The notes under the pieces: model-generated | The model's database searches: none | What the model was told of the DNA's origin: nothing | What the model saw: only the letters and a program-made list of their open reading frames with translations | Shown: piece after piece, positions 13,801-27,332 of the stretch | Layout: each line of letters opens with the position of its first letter | Position numbering within the stretch: position 1 is the stretch's first letter | From: Dimorphilus gyrociliatus | Taxonomy: Eukaryota > Animalia > Annelida | Assembly: GCA_904063045.1 (NCBI GenBank) | Contig: CAJFCJ010000018.1 | Span: 186,001-250,000, forward strand | Reading direction: 5' to 3' | DNA length: 64,000 nucleotides | Program-made: the position numbers and the translations under genes

Positions 13801-16526
13801 CACAGCAGTATAGAATGAATAGCCCTCATCATGTAACATACCCGAGAGTTCCTGGTCCTCAAGAACATTATGCATCAAATGTTGAAGGCAGTCATGGCAT
13901 GTATAGTGATGTAAGTTGATATTTTTGTTTCTTTTTTTTCTTCTTGGAATCCATAGTTTCTCTCTAGGAAAATTTTTCAATAATTCTACTTTATAGCAAA
14001 CGTCCTGGTCTTATAGAAGACCGTTGAATACAACAAATTATTGGCAGAATAAAGTAAGCACTAATGATTTCAAAGAGCTGGACCAAAATTTGATTCTTTT
14101 AACAGTTGATAAATATTACGCTATTAGATAGCTGCATGTAAAAACATTAAAATATCAAATATTTAACAAATTTTTTTTCTTCCAGCCAAAGATGAGACAG
14201 GAAAAGAGGAGACATCAAGAGCTAGGACAAGTTCAAGCGTCCCAAATGAGTCATCACATGCAAAGATGGACACAACCTCCCAAATCAGGTAATGAAAATT
14301 CGATTTTGAAATACGTATGCCTATATAGTTGTCCATTAGGTTATCCACATCATCCATACGGAATGGAAAATGAACCTAGACAGCACATGGCTTATCCTAA
14401 TGTTACTGTAGGCCCTCGGACAACTGGTGAACCTGTTGGGCATCGATGGCCAGTTAGTCAGGGTTATCCTCATAGTCACATGATGAGACCAGCAATGGCT
14501 CCATCTGATATGGATCCCCAATACAGAGCTCGAATGCAACATCCTGGCATGCCAGAACAGCAGCAACAATATATGGCAAGAGCTCAAATTCCTCCACCAG
14601 GCCATTATCCCCCAGGGCATCCGGGAAATATGGTGAGATCTAGATTTAAGATTTCAAAAATACTTACGTCTGACGAACAGATGTATCCGGAGAGAATGAG
14701 ACGGTATCAAGAGCAAAATATGCAAGGAGTTATGGGAATGCCCAGACATCAATACCCTCAGCAGCAACAACAGCAGCAGCAACAACAACAACCTCCGCAA
14801 CAACAACAACAACCTCAAATGCAACATCAAAATATGCATCATATGATTCCAATATCATCGCAATCTCCTGGTGCTTCAACGGGAATGAGATTACCAAATA
14901 GTATGACTGGCATGAAATCTGATCAGGATTTGGATGACTTGTTGGGAGAGGATGGAAGCTTTAATATTCTTGATTTGGCTGAAGGAGATTTGGACTTAGA
15001 TTCAGATAAAAACATGTTTGACGAACATTTGGGCTTGGGAAAAGATACTCAATCAAAAACAGGTGCCGCTGAGAGCAGCGGGTTGCAAAAGACATCTGCA
15101 ACTGAATCAGCCGATAATCGTGGGGCTGCCCCCAACCCAGGGAAATCCCACCAAAACGGTGACAAAAAGAACGATAGCTCTGATAAGCCAGATGGTGCTG
15201 CTTTTTTGGATGGTGCTTTTGATGAATCTGATGATGACGATAATGATGAAGACATGGAAGTTGAACAGATAATGTATTTAGATGGTGCAGTTGATACCGA
15301 AAAAGACAAACCCAATGAAACCCCTCCAGCTAATCCTGATTTACAACCGGCTGCTTCCACACTTCAACAACTTGCCAAAGCACACGCTTTGTCAAGACAG
15401 TCCAGCGGCAGCCAGCCAAGTACTCCAACAACTCCTAGCAATCCTCCAACTCCAGGTCAAGGACAGGGGCATCCAAGATCACCTTTTGCAATGAGTCCAC
15501 GTATGACAGCTGCTCAGCCACAAAGTATGCCCCAAATGCCACAAGGCCAAATGAGAATGTCTATGCAACAAATTAGACCGGTACAGCAACCAATGCACAG
15601 GATGAATATTCAAAGACCCACGTATCAACAACAGTCTCAACAAGTTATGTCAGGCCAAAATCAATTTGTAATGTATCAAGGTCATCAAAATCACCCGATG
15701 CATCAGCAGATGTATTCTAAACATCCTAGTCATATGTATGTCCAACATAGAATGCCGAATTCTATGCAACAGTATCCAGGACAAAATCAGCAACCAATGC
15801 AACAATATGTGTCTCAGCCTCACCAATCACCTGTTCCTAACATTCAATCTCCTTTGAGGCCTGTACAGAGTCCAATGGGTCAAATTCCTGGCCATTCTCC
15901 TCATAACTCTTTGCCGACTCATAGTCCAATTCCATCAGGTCCAAATCAAAGTCCTGCTGCGGCTCAATCTCCTTTACATCATCCTGTTCCATCACCTAGA
16001 TCAGGAAGTGACACGCCTCAGCAGACGTCATCTCCAAGAGCACCGGCAACCCCAGGATCAGAATCTTTGGAACAATTAGAAGGAGCCTATTCATCATGTA
16101 ATTTAGAACAATCGCGAAGACAACAATCGTCAATTGGACAACTTTTGGGTCATCAGCCTGTCGTTCGATCGACTCTACCGTCCTATACGCAAGCTGTTCA
16201 GAGACCCCAAACTGCATCAGATATGCCAATGAATCAGCAACAATTTCAATATGGGCCGGTTAGTACCCCTCCTCAAGGAGCCGGTCCGGTTAGACATGTT
16301 ATGCGTGGCCAAATGTATCATCCAATTTCCCAATCACACCAGATGAGAATGCAGCAACAGCAACAACAACAACAACAACAGCAACAACAGCCACCACCAC
16401 AACATTCCCAACACCCTCAACCATCTTATCAGTACCAAAGGATGCCTGTTCAGCGACAGCCATACACTCAACATATACGACCGATGACTCCAAGACAAGC
16501 TGCTCCGATTAGACTTCAACAAATGG

Positions 16527-16570
<44 letters not shown>

Positions 16571-19500
16571 CCACCACCACCACTTCCTGTTCCTCCCAAC
16601 GCCATTGCTGTTGAAACCCCGACTACAGTTACACAGACAACAACGGCAGCAAGTAGTTGTGTCAATCCAACTAGCTCAAGTTCTAGTACAGGAGATTCAT
16701 CTTCGTCACCGACTGATTCTAAAGATAGAGCGCCGCTCTTACACGAGCAACCGCTACTGTTGCAAGATTTAGTTGAGCAAGAAAAGCAAGAACAACAACG
16801 ACAAGCTGAGCAGCAATCATTGATACCGGTTGATACCAAACCTACGCCTACTCCCGTAAATCCGGAAGTTTCAACTAGTCCTGCCACAACTGTACCTTCA
16901 GCGGCAAGATTTTCTTCTGCACCTGCTGCTCAACAGCATTCAAATGTACCTCATAGATTTGGACCTTATTCCGGACAAAACCCAAATCAAGATATTCAAT
17001 TACCGACTCCAGCTCCACCTCCTCCTCAGCCAGAAAATGATGCTGGTCAAGAGGAACGAGCAAGGTATGAACAATGGTTGCTGAGTACAGATCAAATTAA
17101 TACCTCAAATACTAAACATCTGGAAGATAAAGTAAATGGCTTAAGAAAGACGAAAAAGTCAGTTGCAGCAAAAAATAGACAAGCAAAAAAAGCTGGCAAT
17201 GAACCATCGGAAGCTGACCAACAAGAAATTGATAGATTAAATTCAGACATCTCGGGCATTCAGAGACAAGTAGAAGCAGCCAGAAAACAACAGAAAATTC
17301 ACCAACAACTTATGCAAGATTATCATACAAAAAATCAAGAACGTTTTGGTGCTTTGCAAATGCAACAACAAACCCAAAACGTACAAATGTCCCAGAATAG
17401 CCCAATGAATTCTCCGAGAATACCTGGTCAACCGCCTATTAGACTGCCGGCTCATATGAGGCAAAAATATGATGAGTACATTCAACAACGCCTTCGAGAA
17501 GCAAGTCAAGGCCCACAAGTCTTGACGAATGTTAGTATAATACATTAGAAACATAACACATAAGTGCATTCACATAATTATTCCCATGCTTTTATTTTCA
17601 AACTATTCTAAACCTCTTCTTAAAACGACAAGAGTCAATCTTTATAATTTCAGAATTTTATCCTTAGCACATATTCCTCTATTGCAGTAGGCACAGATCA
17701 GTAATTTTTGCTCTAGCATGATAATTAGTTTACGGCATGCAGCCCTACGTTAAGAGCGAAGACTTGGAGAAATTTGCTCTTTCTTTGCGCCTCTTAATTG
17801 CTCCGTCTGGTGCTAAACTTTCCCTCTTTCAGGTTTGGTGTGTACAGCTGGTGCATGAATTTATTCTGTTGAATGACTCGTTGACCGTGTCTAATTATCC
17901 TTTGCATTTATCATACATTTAAAAATACTGTATAATTTGTATTTGATTGGTATATACATCGTTATATGTATACTTGAAATTACATATTATACAGTATGTA
18001 GTTTTTTATATTTGATATAAGGCGTCAGAATAATTTTGATAGCTATTATCTTATCGAAGGATTAGGCTGGATGCTGGTTTGTCTTATATAGAAAGAAATT
18101 TAAATTTTTGATGTTAATTGCACAATGTAAAAATGTAAAAGCGTGAAATAGGGCACATTATTTAAAATAAGTAATATGGATATTAAATATTGACATATGC
18201 GTATAAGAATTATATTTATTAAACAGTCAGGAAGCAAGCCGAACGTGAAAAGAGATGAAACTAAGTACGCAGTACAACAGGTTTAAAAATTAATTAATAT
18301 TTACATCGTATCTGTTGTGAAATTTTGTTTATATTTCTCATTATGGATTCTACAAGACATTCCATGTAATTCACAGGATAAGCATCTTAATATTAAAATA
18401 AAGTATTAATTTTTTTCTGAAAAAAATATGTAATATTTTGTATCAATAAAGTAATCGTTATTTGTTTTATATTTAGTCTTAAGATGACAATTCTTTAAGT
18501 GATTAAAGGTAAACATTTCATTTTCAGGATGAAAATAACCCGTTTAGCGATACGTATCAACACAGGGAACACTTAGAGAAGCTGCATTTGCAAGAACAAC
18601 AGAGAATACAAATGGAGCAACATTTAAAACAGCATGGTGATTCGCCACAACAGCATCACAGTTTGTTTATGTTAATTTAAAATTGAGCAAAAGAGAATTA
18701 CACCTTATTTACACAGCACCAGGTCAATATTTGGATTTTCGGCCACGATTTACTCATCCAAATTTTAATCAAGAAGGACCACAACAGTTTGCTGGTCCAA
18801 GATACGCTGGACCACATGGAGGTCCATTGAGATATCCAGGAATGCAGCCGGAGGGTCAAAGGATGAGCTATGGCGGCGAAGGAGGACCAAGGATACCTTA
18901 TGTGTACAACGCCCCGTACGGACAAAGTAAGAATAAACATAGTTATTATCATGTGACAATAGAAGTGTTACGATTTCGGGATATATTTATAAATATGTGT
19001 TTTACTTTTATTCAATTCAAACAAATTATCAGATACGCCCCAATCTGCAGTATTTGAAGAGAAAGTAGAAGAAAAAAGAAAACGAAAGCGAGTCAAAAAA
19101 AAAAAAGAAGAAGGTTTAGTTGCGCTTGAAGTGTCTCTTTTCTGCTTCACGATATACTCACCACTAGAAATGGCATTTTACTAAAATTGATAAAATTGAA
19201 CTTTGAACACGAGATCGGCTGCACCCTTTTTTATACTAATTATTTATATTTTATTTTCAGATTTCATATTGACTAATTGTCTTAGTAGAGTTTTTGTGAG
19301 ATCAGCGAATGGTCTAAAGAACAAATATTAAGATATATACATATATTATGTATTGACTAATCATTAGACCAGTCGTTCACACGCTTGATGTTTTCAAAAA
19401 TCTGTCTGATATGATTTTGTTTTGCTTTATTCATATACTAACACATTATGAAATGAAAACTTACAAAAAAATTGTACTTTCAGCTTCCATGACAAGGATG

Positions 19501-22500
19501 TCGCCACCAAGTGCAATAAATGCACCAAATGCAGGAGCAGGACCTGTTTCTGACCTCCAAAGATTGGCTAGTATGCAACCACAGGTGTCTCCTTTACACA
19601 CCTCATTTCCCAAAGTATCACCCGGAGTGGGCAGACCAGAATCAGCTGCTTCTGACAAGTCGGAACCGAGTCGCCCTTCATCCTCCAGTGGAACTCCATT
19701 CAGTATCAAGCAAGAAAGAGACGGAGAAGATGAAGGAAAAGATTTTCTAGGTAAATGCTATAAATGTCATACACGTGATTAAAAAATCAAGTTGACTCGA
19801 TCTATAGTGAATTATCACGAAATAGGTGTGTTCATGTCAGCTACAAATTAAATTTGCTTATTGCATCCCTTTAGACGACAAAGACGCAGATGCTAAAAGC
19901 GTTGCTGGAAACGCTCTTTTAAAGCAACTTCTAAATAACAAACAAAAGGATAATAATGCAATGGAGCAAGCCGAAGGCTTACCACACTCTCACTCACCTA
20001 ATGCTGTACCGTTAACACCGCAACAACAACATCAATTGGCTCTAATAGAATCCATGCCTATGCATATAGAAAGAGAAGAATGGACAGAGCGACCCCCTAT
20101 GACACCACACCCTCTTATGCATCATCATGTATCTCCTGATCATATACATATGATGCCACACCAGGCCTTGCCTCCTTCAGCTGTTGTTATTCAAGATGAG
20201 GCAAAAAAGAAAGTGGGTCAGAAACAACAAAGACAAAGGAAAAGAAAAGAAGGTACAGTCCATAATAAATAATTTTAGATATGAGTTTACAAACGATATT
20301 TTTTAGATTCGAAGAAACGACAGAGGAAACAGCAAATGTCACCAGTAATGGCTCCACCACCACCAGGTGCAGGCGCTCCAGCTCGCCAAATAGATGATTA
20401 CAATACCGCAGTTGTAGAACAGGTTAGACATTGTAATTAACTGTATAAACTGAATTCAATATGTTGTGTATAGGTAATGGGACATTTACGTTCTCTTCCT
20501 GGATGTCATCTGGAGGAACCAGAAGTACTATTCAATAATAGCGTTGTTCCTGTTAAGGGCCAACCAAATAACTTTGCCCAATCAACCATTTTGACAGGAA
20601 ATTATGGCAAAGCTGTCATAACTATAGATAAAGAAAAATTACCGGCTGTTGATTTTTATGGAACTGGAAAATTTAAGGTTCAAAAAGAAACACATAAAGA
20701 TGAGAATGAAGAACATTTTACACTACCAAAAGTAGACTCTGAAAGTAATATGGATAGTGAAGTTACACGAGGAGTAAATGAATGCTTTGAGAATGGTTCG
20801 TATTTGTCAATAAATAAATACATAGTTAAAGTGTACATATTTACTATTTTAGGTGACGGAGGTCAAGCTTCAGATAAAGAAAACTCAATTGTTCATCAAG
20901 CTATTCCTTCAATAACACCTCCTCTCATACCACCACAAAATAATCTTACGAATAGAATTTATATGATGTCAAGGTATGAGAGTGCTTTTAAATGTTATTT
21001 TTTTGCTATTATGAGCTATATTTTTACACAGGAATAGTAATCAGTCTCCATGTACTGTGGTATCCATGTCACCGCCAGCTGATTGTTCTGAAAATGATAA
21101 TCTGATTAAGCTTATCAGGCCAAGTGAATTAAAAATTACCAAAGATCGCATTGATTGTAGCAGTCCTGAAGTACCTCTTATTCGTCCTATAGCAAGACGA
21201 GGTAAGTGACAATTTTATCAGAAATTTGGGTAAATAAAATTTATACTTGTTCATATTAGCTCTAAATCTAAGTACAATTCCACCTGTTGAATCGGACCAA
21301 TTAAGTCTTGGTAAGAATTCAACGATTTCTGGAATCTTAGAGCCAGAATCACAACCGCCAATGACGCCAGACTTGCCGTTTAAAGCAAGGGACACAACTA
21401 AAGATCAAACAGAAGTAACCTTAACGTTAAGTGTTAAAGCTCCTGAGGATATTAATTCAGTTCTTAACACTTTGGCGGATCTATTGAAAATTTCTGTACC
21501 TCCAACTTATGAAATTTCCCGATCACCATCACCAGAGGCTGTTTCATCCGGACAAAGCAATGTTACAAGTAAGCATTACTTTATAGATATTCAATATTTA
21601 CTAATTACAATATTATTTCAGTGAAAGAGGATGCTGTCAATATTCAATCACTTATTAAGTCAAAGCCTAGAATGTGTAAAAATTGTGACATGATGATACT
21701 GAAATCGGCTGTCAAGAAGAGAAAGAGTGACTATTTGAACAAAGATGAATTTGACTACGAGGACGAAGACCTGATGTTTTGTAGTTCAACTTGCAGTCAG
21801 GCTTATTCTCCCGAAGAATACTATAGAAAGACGAAGCTATATATGCAAATGCAAAAGGAAGCTTGCATGTCATCAACAGCCACTCAAACTATGATGACAC
21901 CAAATAGAAATTTTACCAGTCAGGTTTCACAAGAAAAAGTCTCTCCACCAGATTCGCCTTCGAAGCCCTCCTTAAAACTTCTTGATCCACCAAAAATGAA
22001 GAAACTACGAGAGGCTGGCTGGAAGAGGTGGAATATCAGTTGTGCAAAAGAATTTAAGCCTACGGATCCATTGTCAAAGGAAGAAGTGAAAGAATTAATG
22101 CAAAAAATGGGTGTTGCAATAAAAATTCGACCAACTCCTGAAGATGTAAGAAAATGCTGTTTCTGTGGTCATCTAGGCGATGGAAAAACAGATGGACCAG
22201 GAAGGCTATTAAACTATGACGTGTCAGTCTGGGTGCATCTAAATTGCGCTCTCTGGTCATCTGAGGTGTATGAGACAATGAATGGTAGTTTAATCCATGT
22301 TACTGATGCTTTAAAGAGAGGCTCATCAGTAAAATGTACCAAATGTAAACGACCTGGAGCAACTTTATCCTGTTTCAAAACTAATTGCGCAGCTCCTTTT
22401 CACGTCAGGTGTGCAAAAGTTGAGGGATGTACATTTTTTCATGACAAAACAATTTTATGTAACAAGCATAAAAATATGCCAGAACCTGAAGGTGTATTGA

Positions 22501-23766
22501 ATTCTTTAAAAGTTTTCCGAAAAGTATATGTTAGCCGACGAGAAACTGAACAAGTAGCATCCATTGTTCATAAAACTGAAGAGAAACAATGTAAAGTGAG
22601 GATAGGATCGTTAACTTTAGAAGCAGTCGGCCAACTGCTTCCTCAACAGATTTCATCAGGAAAATTCCATACTCAAAATTATATATATCCTGTTGGTTTT
22701 AGAACAAGAAGATTATACTGGAGTTATAGAACTGTACATGCCCGTTGCCGATATGATTGCTCTATAGACGAAGAAAATGGAGAACCAAAATTCACTGTTT
22801 CCACTCATGAACCTGGAATTGAAGACGAAACTTTTAGTGGACAAACTCCAGGCTTGGCCTGGTTTCCTATTCTCAGAGCGGTGGAGAAGTTGCGTCAAAA
22901 AGCTGAACTAGTTAATATGTTTCCTGCTTTTATCTCAGGCGAACAACTATTTGGCTTGTCAGAACCTTTAATTGTAAGAGTATTGGAATCCCTGCCATGC
23001 GCAGAAATGCTGACAGGTTATAATTCCAAGTTTGGTAGAACACCGTTTATCGAACCGCCTTTGGCTATTAACCCAACCGGATGTGCCCGATCAGAACCAA
23101 AAATGCAAACTCATATGAAAACTAGACCGCTCCCAGGAATGAGCTCTAATTTGAATACGAGTCCTACTCGACACCCACATCAAAGTGCAAGCAACGCAAT
23201 GTCTTCACTAGATTTGTACAACAAACATTTTGTTCATTCCAAGTCCCAACAGTACAAAAAATTGAAGGTAGAATGGAGGTGTAACGTATACTTAAGAAGA
23301 AGCAATATTCAAGGTCTAGGGTTGTATGCTGCAAGAGATTTAGAAAAACATACTATGGTAATAGAATACGTTGGAGAACAAATTCGTGCTGAGTTATGCG
23401 ACATTCGTGAAAGATTATATGAACAGCAAAACAGAGGTGTATATATGTTCAGACTTAACGATTCATATGTAATAGACGCTACAATGTGTGGTGGACCTGC
23501 GAGATATATAAATCATTCATGTAATCCAAATTGTGTTGCTGAGGTAGTACCTTTTGAAAGAGGTGAATTAAAAATTATAATAATAGCTAAACGAAGAATT
23601 ACGCGAGGCGAGGAGGTAAGACATTTTGACTTTTAAAGCTTGCAGTTTATAATAATTTGTTTTTTTTTTATAGTTAACGTACGACTACAAATTTGACTTT
23701 GAAGATGATCAGCATAAAATACCGTGCCTTTGCTCTTCGTCCAACTGTCGGAAGTGGATGAATTAA
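4886..23766 (+). CDS. KMT2C: Histone-lysine N-methyltransferase KMT2C/D (MLL3/4; unsplit Lpt+trr orthologue), multi-exon
   Basis: Domains in order: AT-hook (GRSRGRPKK), ePHD and PHD1-3 (6143-7000), PHD4-6 (7653-8158 and 9554-9666), HMG box ([28 protein letters not shown]), LLLQDL, DENNPFS, ALLKQLL, ePHD, FYRN/FYRC, WIN motif ([13 protein letters not shown]), SET ([31 protein letters not shown]) and a post-SET exon ([20 protein letters not shown], stop 23764-23766). The start could instead be the ATG at 4791 via a 56-nt intron. Confidence 0.97.
8176..9361 (-). CDS. Kelch-repeat beta-propeller protein without BTB/BACK, nested antisense in the KMT2C/D intron 8159-9553
   Basis: The 320-aa ORF has five GG kelch motifs (FFLGG, FVIGG, YISGG, YIIGG, YVIGG) with YDP..W spacing. 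An upstream exon 9361-9217 (MELTKTY..VFNTSTG) joins in frame across a 58-nt intron (9216-9159). Confidence 0.85.
13017..13226 (+). repeat. Coding (Gln-Ala)n repeat of about 35 dipeptides in KMT2C/D
   Basis: It is a tandem CA[AG]GC[ACGT] hexamer array with mixed synonymous codons and rare K/V interruptions, in frame within exon ORF 11886-13919. Confidence 0.95.
16529..16570 (+). repeat. Pure (CAA)14 polyglutamine tract followed by CCA x4 polyproline; further mixed CAG/CAA tracts near 13610-13660, 14758-14812 and 16352-16390
   Basis: Read directly from the sequence; the translation is ME-Q14-PPPPLP. Confidence 0.95.
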
Positions 23767-23981
23767 TTAATTGTAAATAACTAGAACATTTATTGCATGC
23801 TAAGAAATTATATCTTTTTATAATATGGACTATGTTTTTCAAAAAGCTGCATATTTATGCTGTGCATGTATAGTTATTGTAATCCAAATTGTACAATTTG
23901 CTATAAGCCGTTTATTTAACGAATGTTTTTTTTTTTACAACGAAATATTACGTTTAAGAGAAGCAATATTATGTTACACAA

Positions 23982-24944
23982 TTAATCAAACTGTCCTTTA
24001 TAAAATAACATAACGCTGCCTGTCACTCCGCAAGCCGAAAGTACTGGGAGAAAACCATGAACTTTTGTGCCTAGTAGTCTAAGGTTTAATGCTTCACCCC
24101 AGAAATGCTTTTCACAACCAAACGATAACATTGACCTATCAATGTCAACATACATGTATAGAAGGGTTGGCAGGCAAGATTCTTCTTTCATATGTCCAGG
24201 ATAGTGTTTGACTATTTGATTATTATGAAATATGGTCTTTCCTATTAAATCGAATGCAACAGACGATTTCGTTCGGCCAACAATGAAACGACTTTCAATT
24301 CCATCTAGGGAGTCTAACTCACCATTTGACAAACCAATACTGAAGAAAGCATTTGAATTTCTATATTGATTTGATGGCCACATAATCGCAAAGGCATGCT
24401 TTCCACTTGTTAATAGGAGGTCAAGTTCGGCAACTGAGGAGACAGATTCGGTAGTATGAATCATCTAAATATTAAAAAGAATGATCATTACAATGGAATC
24501 TACATTATTAAACTGAAGAAAATTTATTGTAATTACTTTAATAGTTTTGCAATTAACTCTCGTTAGTCCTTTTCCTATTCTTCCTTTTCTCCAATCAGTT
24601 TGTATTCGTGCCTTTGATAAGGGTACAGCAACTATCCAATCAGGTTGTTTAGGGATGTCTTTATTGAGTATACGTTTCTTTGTTTTTTTTTTAGCTTGGA
24701 AATGAAAACTATTGCAGTTCACATAATAAGTTAAAGAGCATAACAAAAGTATTAATATTCCAAATCCTGCAACCCCCAAAATAACTTGGTAATTAATTTT
24801 TGACCAACTAAAAACTTCTCCTCTCAATAAAGTATGAGAAATGATATCCTGGCGAACATTTCTAATTTTTAATGTTTCAGAGCTTCTATTGAGTTTATTA
24901 TTAATAGTTTTCAAATTATTCGCTGGCAATTGAGATTGGAACAT
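23982..24944 (-). CDS. Single-pass membrane protein with a C-terminal SPRY (SPSB/FBXO45-like) domain; 5' end uncertain
   Basis: The TM segment VILGVAGFGILILLLCSLTYYV is followed by the basic stretch KKKTKKR. A 72-nt intron (24536-24465) joins it to SGKHAFAIMW..NAFFSIG..IVGRTKSSVAFDL..YMYVDIDRSMLSF..FWGEA..FLPVLSA, which resembles the SPSB-type SPRY fold. No SOCS box is present before the stop. Confidence 0.6.
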
Positions 24945-26393
24945 ATTAGTCAAAGATAAATTTTGACAAAACAGCCACAGATCGCTTCTATCACATACCT
25001 TCGAATTATACGCATAACTTGATTGCTATAGAGAACAAGTAACAATTTTTTAAATGCCACACCCAAGAGATAAATTTCTCTCCCTCGACATCGTGATTAA
25101 TTATTTCACTTGAGACAAATTCAACACATGATAGTATATGAATGTTCATTCAGTTTTTTTTCAAACAACATCTTTAGAACATTCATACTATAAAAAGTTG
25201 CTCTATAAATGACTAAAAGTAGTCATTTATATTTTGGGGAAAAAACTACCAAAAAGTTATTCCAACCAAGTAAGTAGAGTACTGATTGTGCATTTATTCA
25301 AGATTTTACCGAAAATTTTGGAATAGAATGATCGGTTCTAGAACTGCAAGCTATAAATTCAGAATGAGTATCAATACGATTATTGATTCGTTATCAGTAT
25401 ACTTAAGCGTACTTCTCTACACATATTAGCAGCAACCTTATATTATTTGATGATACTGTATTCGATAGCTTCTATAAGTTTTATATTCTCAAGTGGCATA
25501 TTGTTTTTTCCATTTTTTTAACTTCCTACAAAGACATATTTATATATATTCTAAGTTCTTGATACTAATAACTTCCAAGAAAATAAGCTAACTCTGGGAA
25601 GTTATTTTTTGCATTATTTCAAATGCGGCGATAAAGAAATAGGAGATTAGAATTAGCATAGTGTTGTACTCGAAACTGCGAAAAAATTTCTATATTCAAA
25701 ATTTTTAATAACCAACAAACTTTGAAAGTTTCTATTTAAGAGCTAAAGCGTCGATTTAAGATGAATCAGGAAAATAACCGGAAAAATTTGAAACTATATA
25801 TGCGTAATGGCTCTATTGTTTTTTCGTAGTGTGAGTGATAATCATTTAAAGTGAAAAATGTCAACTCAAAAAGAACAAAGTGCCGAGAATGAAAAATCGA
25901 TTACCGAATTGCAAGTATCGAAGTGTATCGAACTGATTTTGTAGTTTGAGTAAATAAAAATTATAGATAACGCACGAGACACTCATCAACATCCGCAAAT
26001 TGTGATAAATATTAAGAGTCTAATCACTCAAGAAGTATGCCGAATTTTTTATATAGTGTTGTTAAGTGGTAAATCGAAAAAAATAAGAAAACTTAAAAGT
26101 AAAGATTTGAAAAGATTACAACACCATACATAATATCAACTAATATATTAAGTTAAAGTATATATACTGAATATAGAAATACATATAAATATATGAAGTA
26201 TCGAAGTAGATATTAAAGTGGTTTTTCGCCTGTACAATTTCGGTGAATACAAATATCAGATAATACAAGTGTCTTATTGGGCCTAGCCTTAAATAGAATA
26301 TCAGTTCTAAACCAATGATCAAAGGCCTATGAACTTACCAATAAACTACTTTTTAGAGCGCCTTGAGCTGAGTCGGCGTTTGAAATTCGAACG

Positions 26394-27332
26394 ATGAGGA
26401 GCTACCAAGATACAACTGTTAACTTTGAGCATATGTATTCACCTGAAAAAGCTAGAAAACTTTACATAGCTCATCACGATTTATCAAGTTATAAAAATAG
26501 ACTTTTCGCTAAGTTGGAATATGAAAAGAGAATAGCTGTTCAAGCCATTAATCAGCAACGAGCTGTGATGATAATAAAAAAGGAAAGACTTGATAAAAGG
26601 ATAGAAGCCACAAAGAATCGTAGAGGAAAATTTCGATTGAATATAGAGTTCATATCTTTTTTTTATTTAATCATAACTAGAATTCCATTACGAAACAAGA
26701 ATTAGTTTTTTAATGTTATCCATTTGAGATTAGAATCTAAAACGAAATTTAAGTTCCTTTTATATATCTATCGTGTATATGCGTTTACTTTATTTAGTTG
26801 TAATGCGGTTAATAGTTTTTTTTTTACATATATTTAACGAAATCGTTGCAATGATATATACAGGTCACGGACAAACTCAACAACTCAATTGCCAACAGCT
26901 CAAGTTTATAATTTACCTCCTCCCGTTAGAACTGTAAAAACTGCTCCCTCAAGGCTCCACTATCAACAAGCACTATTGGACAATGTGAAAGAACGAGAAA
27001 CAGTTGACAGAAAGCTTGAACTATACTACAGAAATATTGAAAATTATAAGAGAAGTTCACATAGAGAATATTTATCTGCCAGGGAAAGATCTAGACCAGC
27101 ATCTAACATGAATCGAATATACGCTAGCGAGAGTTTATTTTTAGTTACTGAATCACCAGTATCTAACTTGCATCAAATTTCTTTACCTGACAAAAAGAAA
27201 AAGTTAACAGAACTATGGTGTCATGAGTCAAAAGATATTCAAAATATGAGTTGTGATCGTTTAAGAAATTTAAGCAAAAGGATGATGGATAAAAAATTAG
27301 TTTTGAGGTATTTCAGAGCGTCTATTAATTAA
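26394..27332 (+). CDS. Uncharacterised basic, partly coiled-coil protein (at least 2 exons; possible upstream exons from 25858)
   Basis: ORFs 26394-26705 and about 26864-27332 can be joined by a GT-AG intron (donor about 26648, acceptor 26863). Composition is coding-like, but I recognise no domain. Confidence 0.55.

Noticed and set aside
17740-17830. Minus-strand [11 protein letters not shown] resembling a homeodomain N-terminal arm
   Set aside because: It is flanked by stops, and no helix 1-3 residues follow in any frame.
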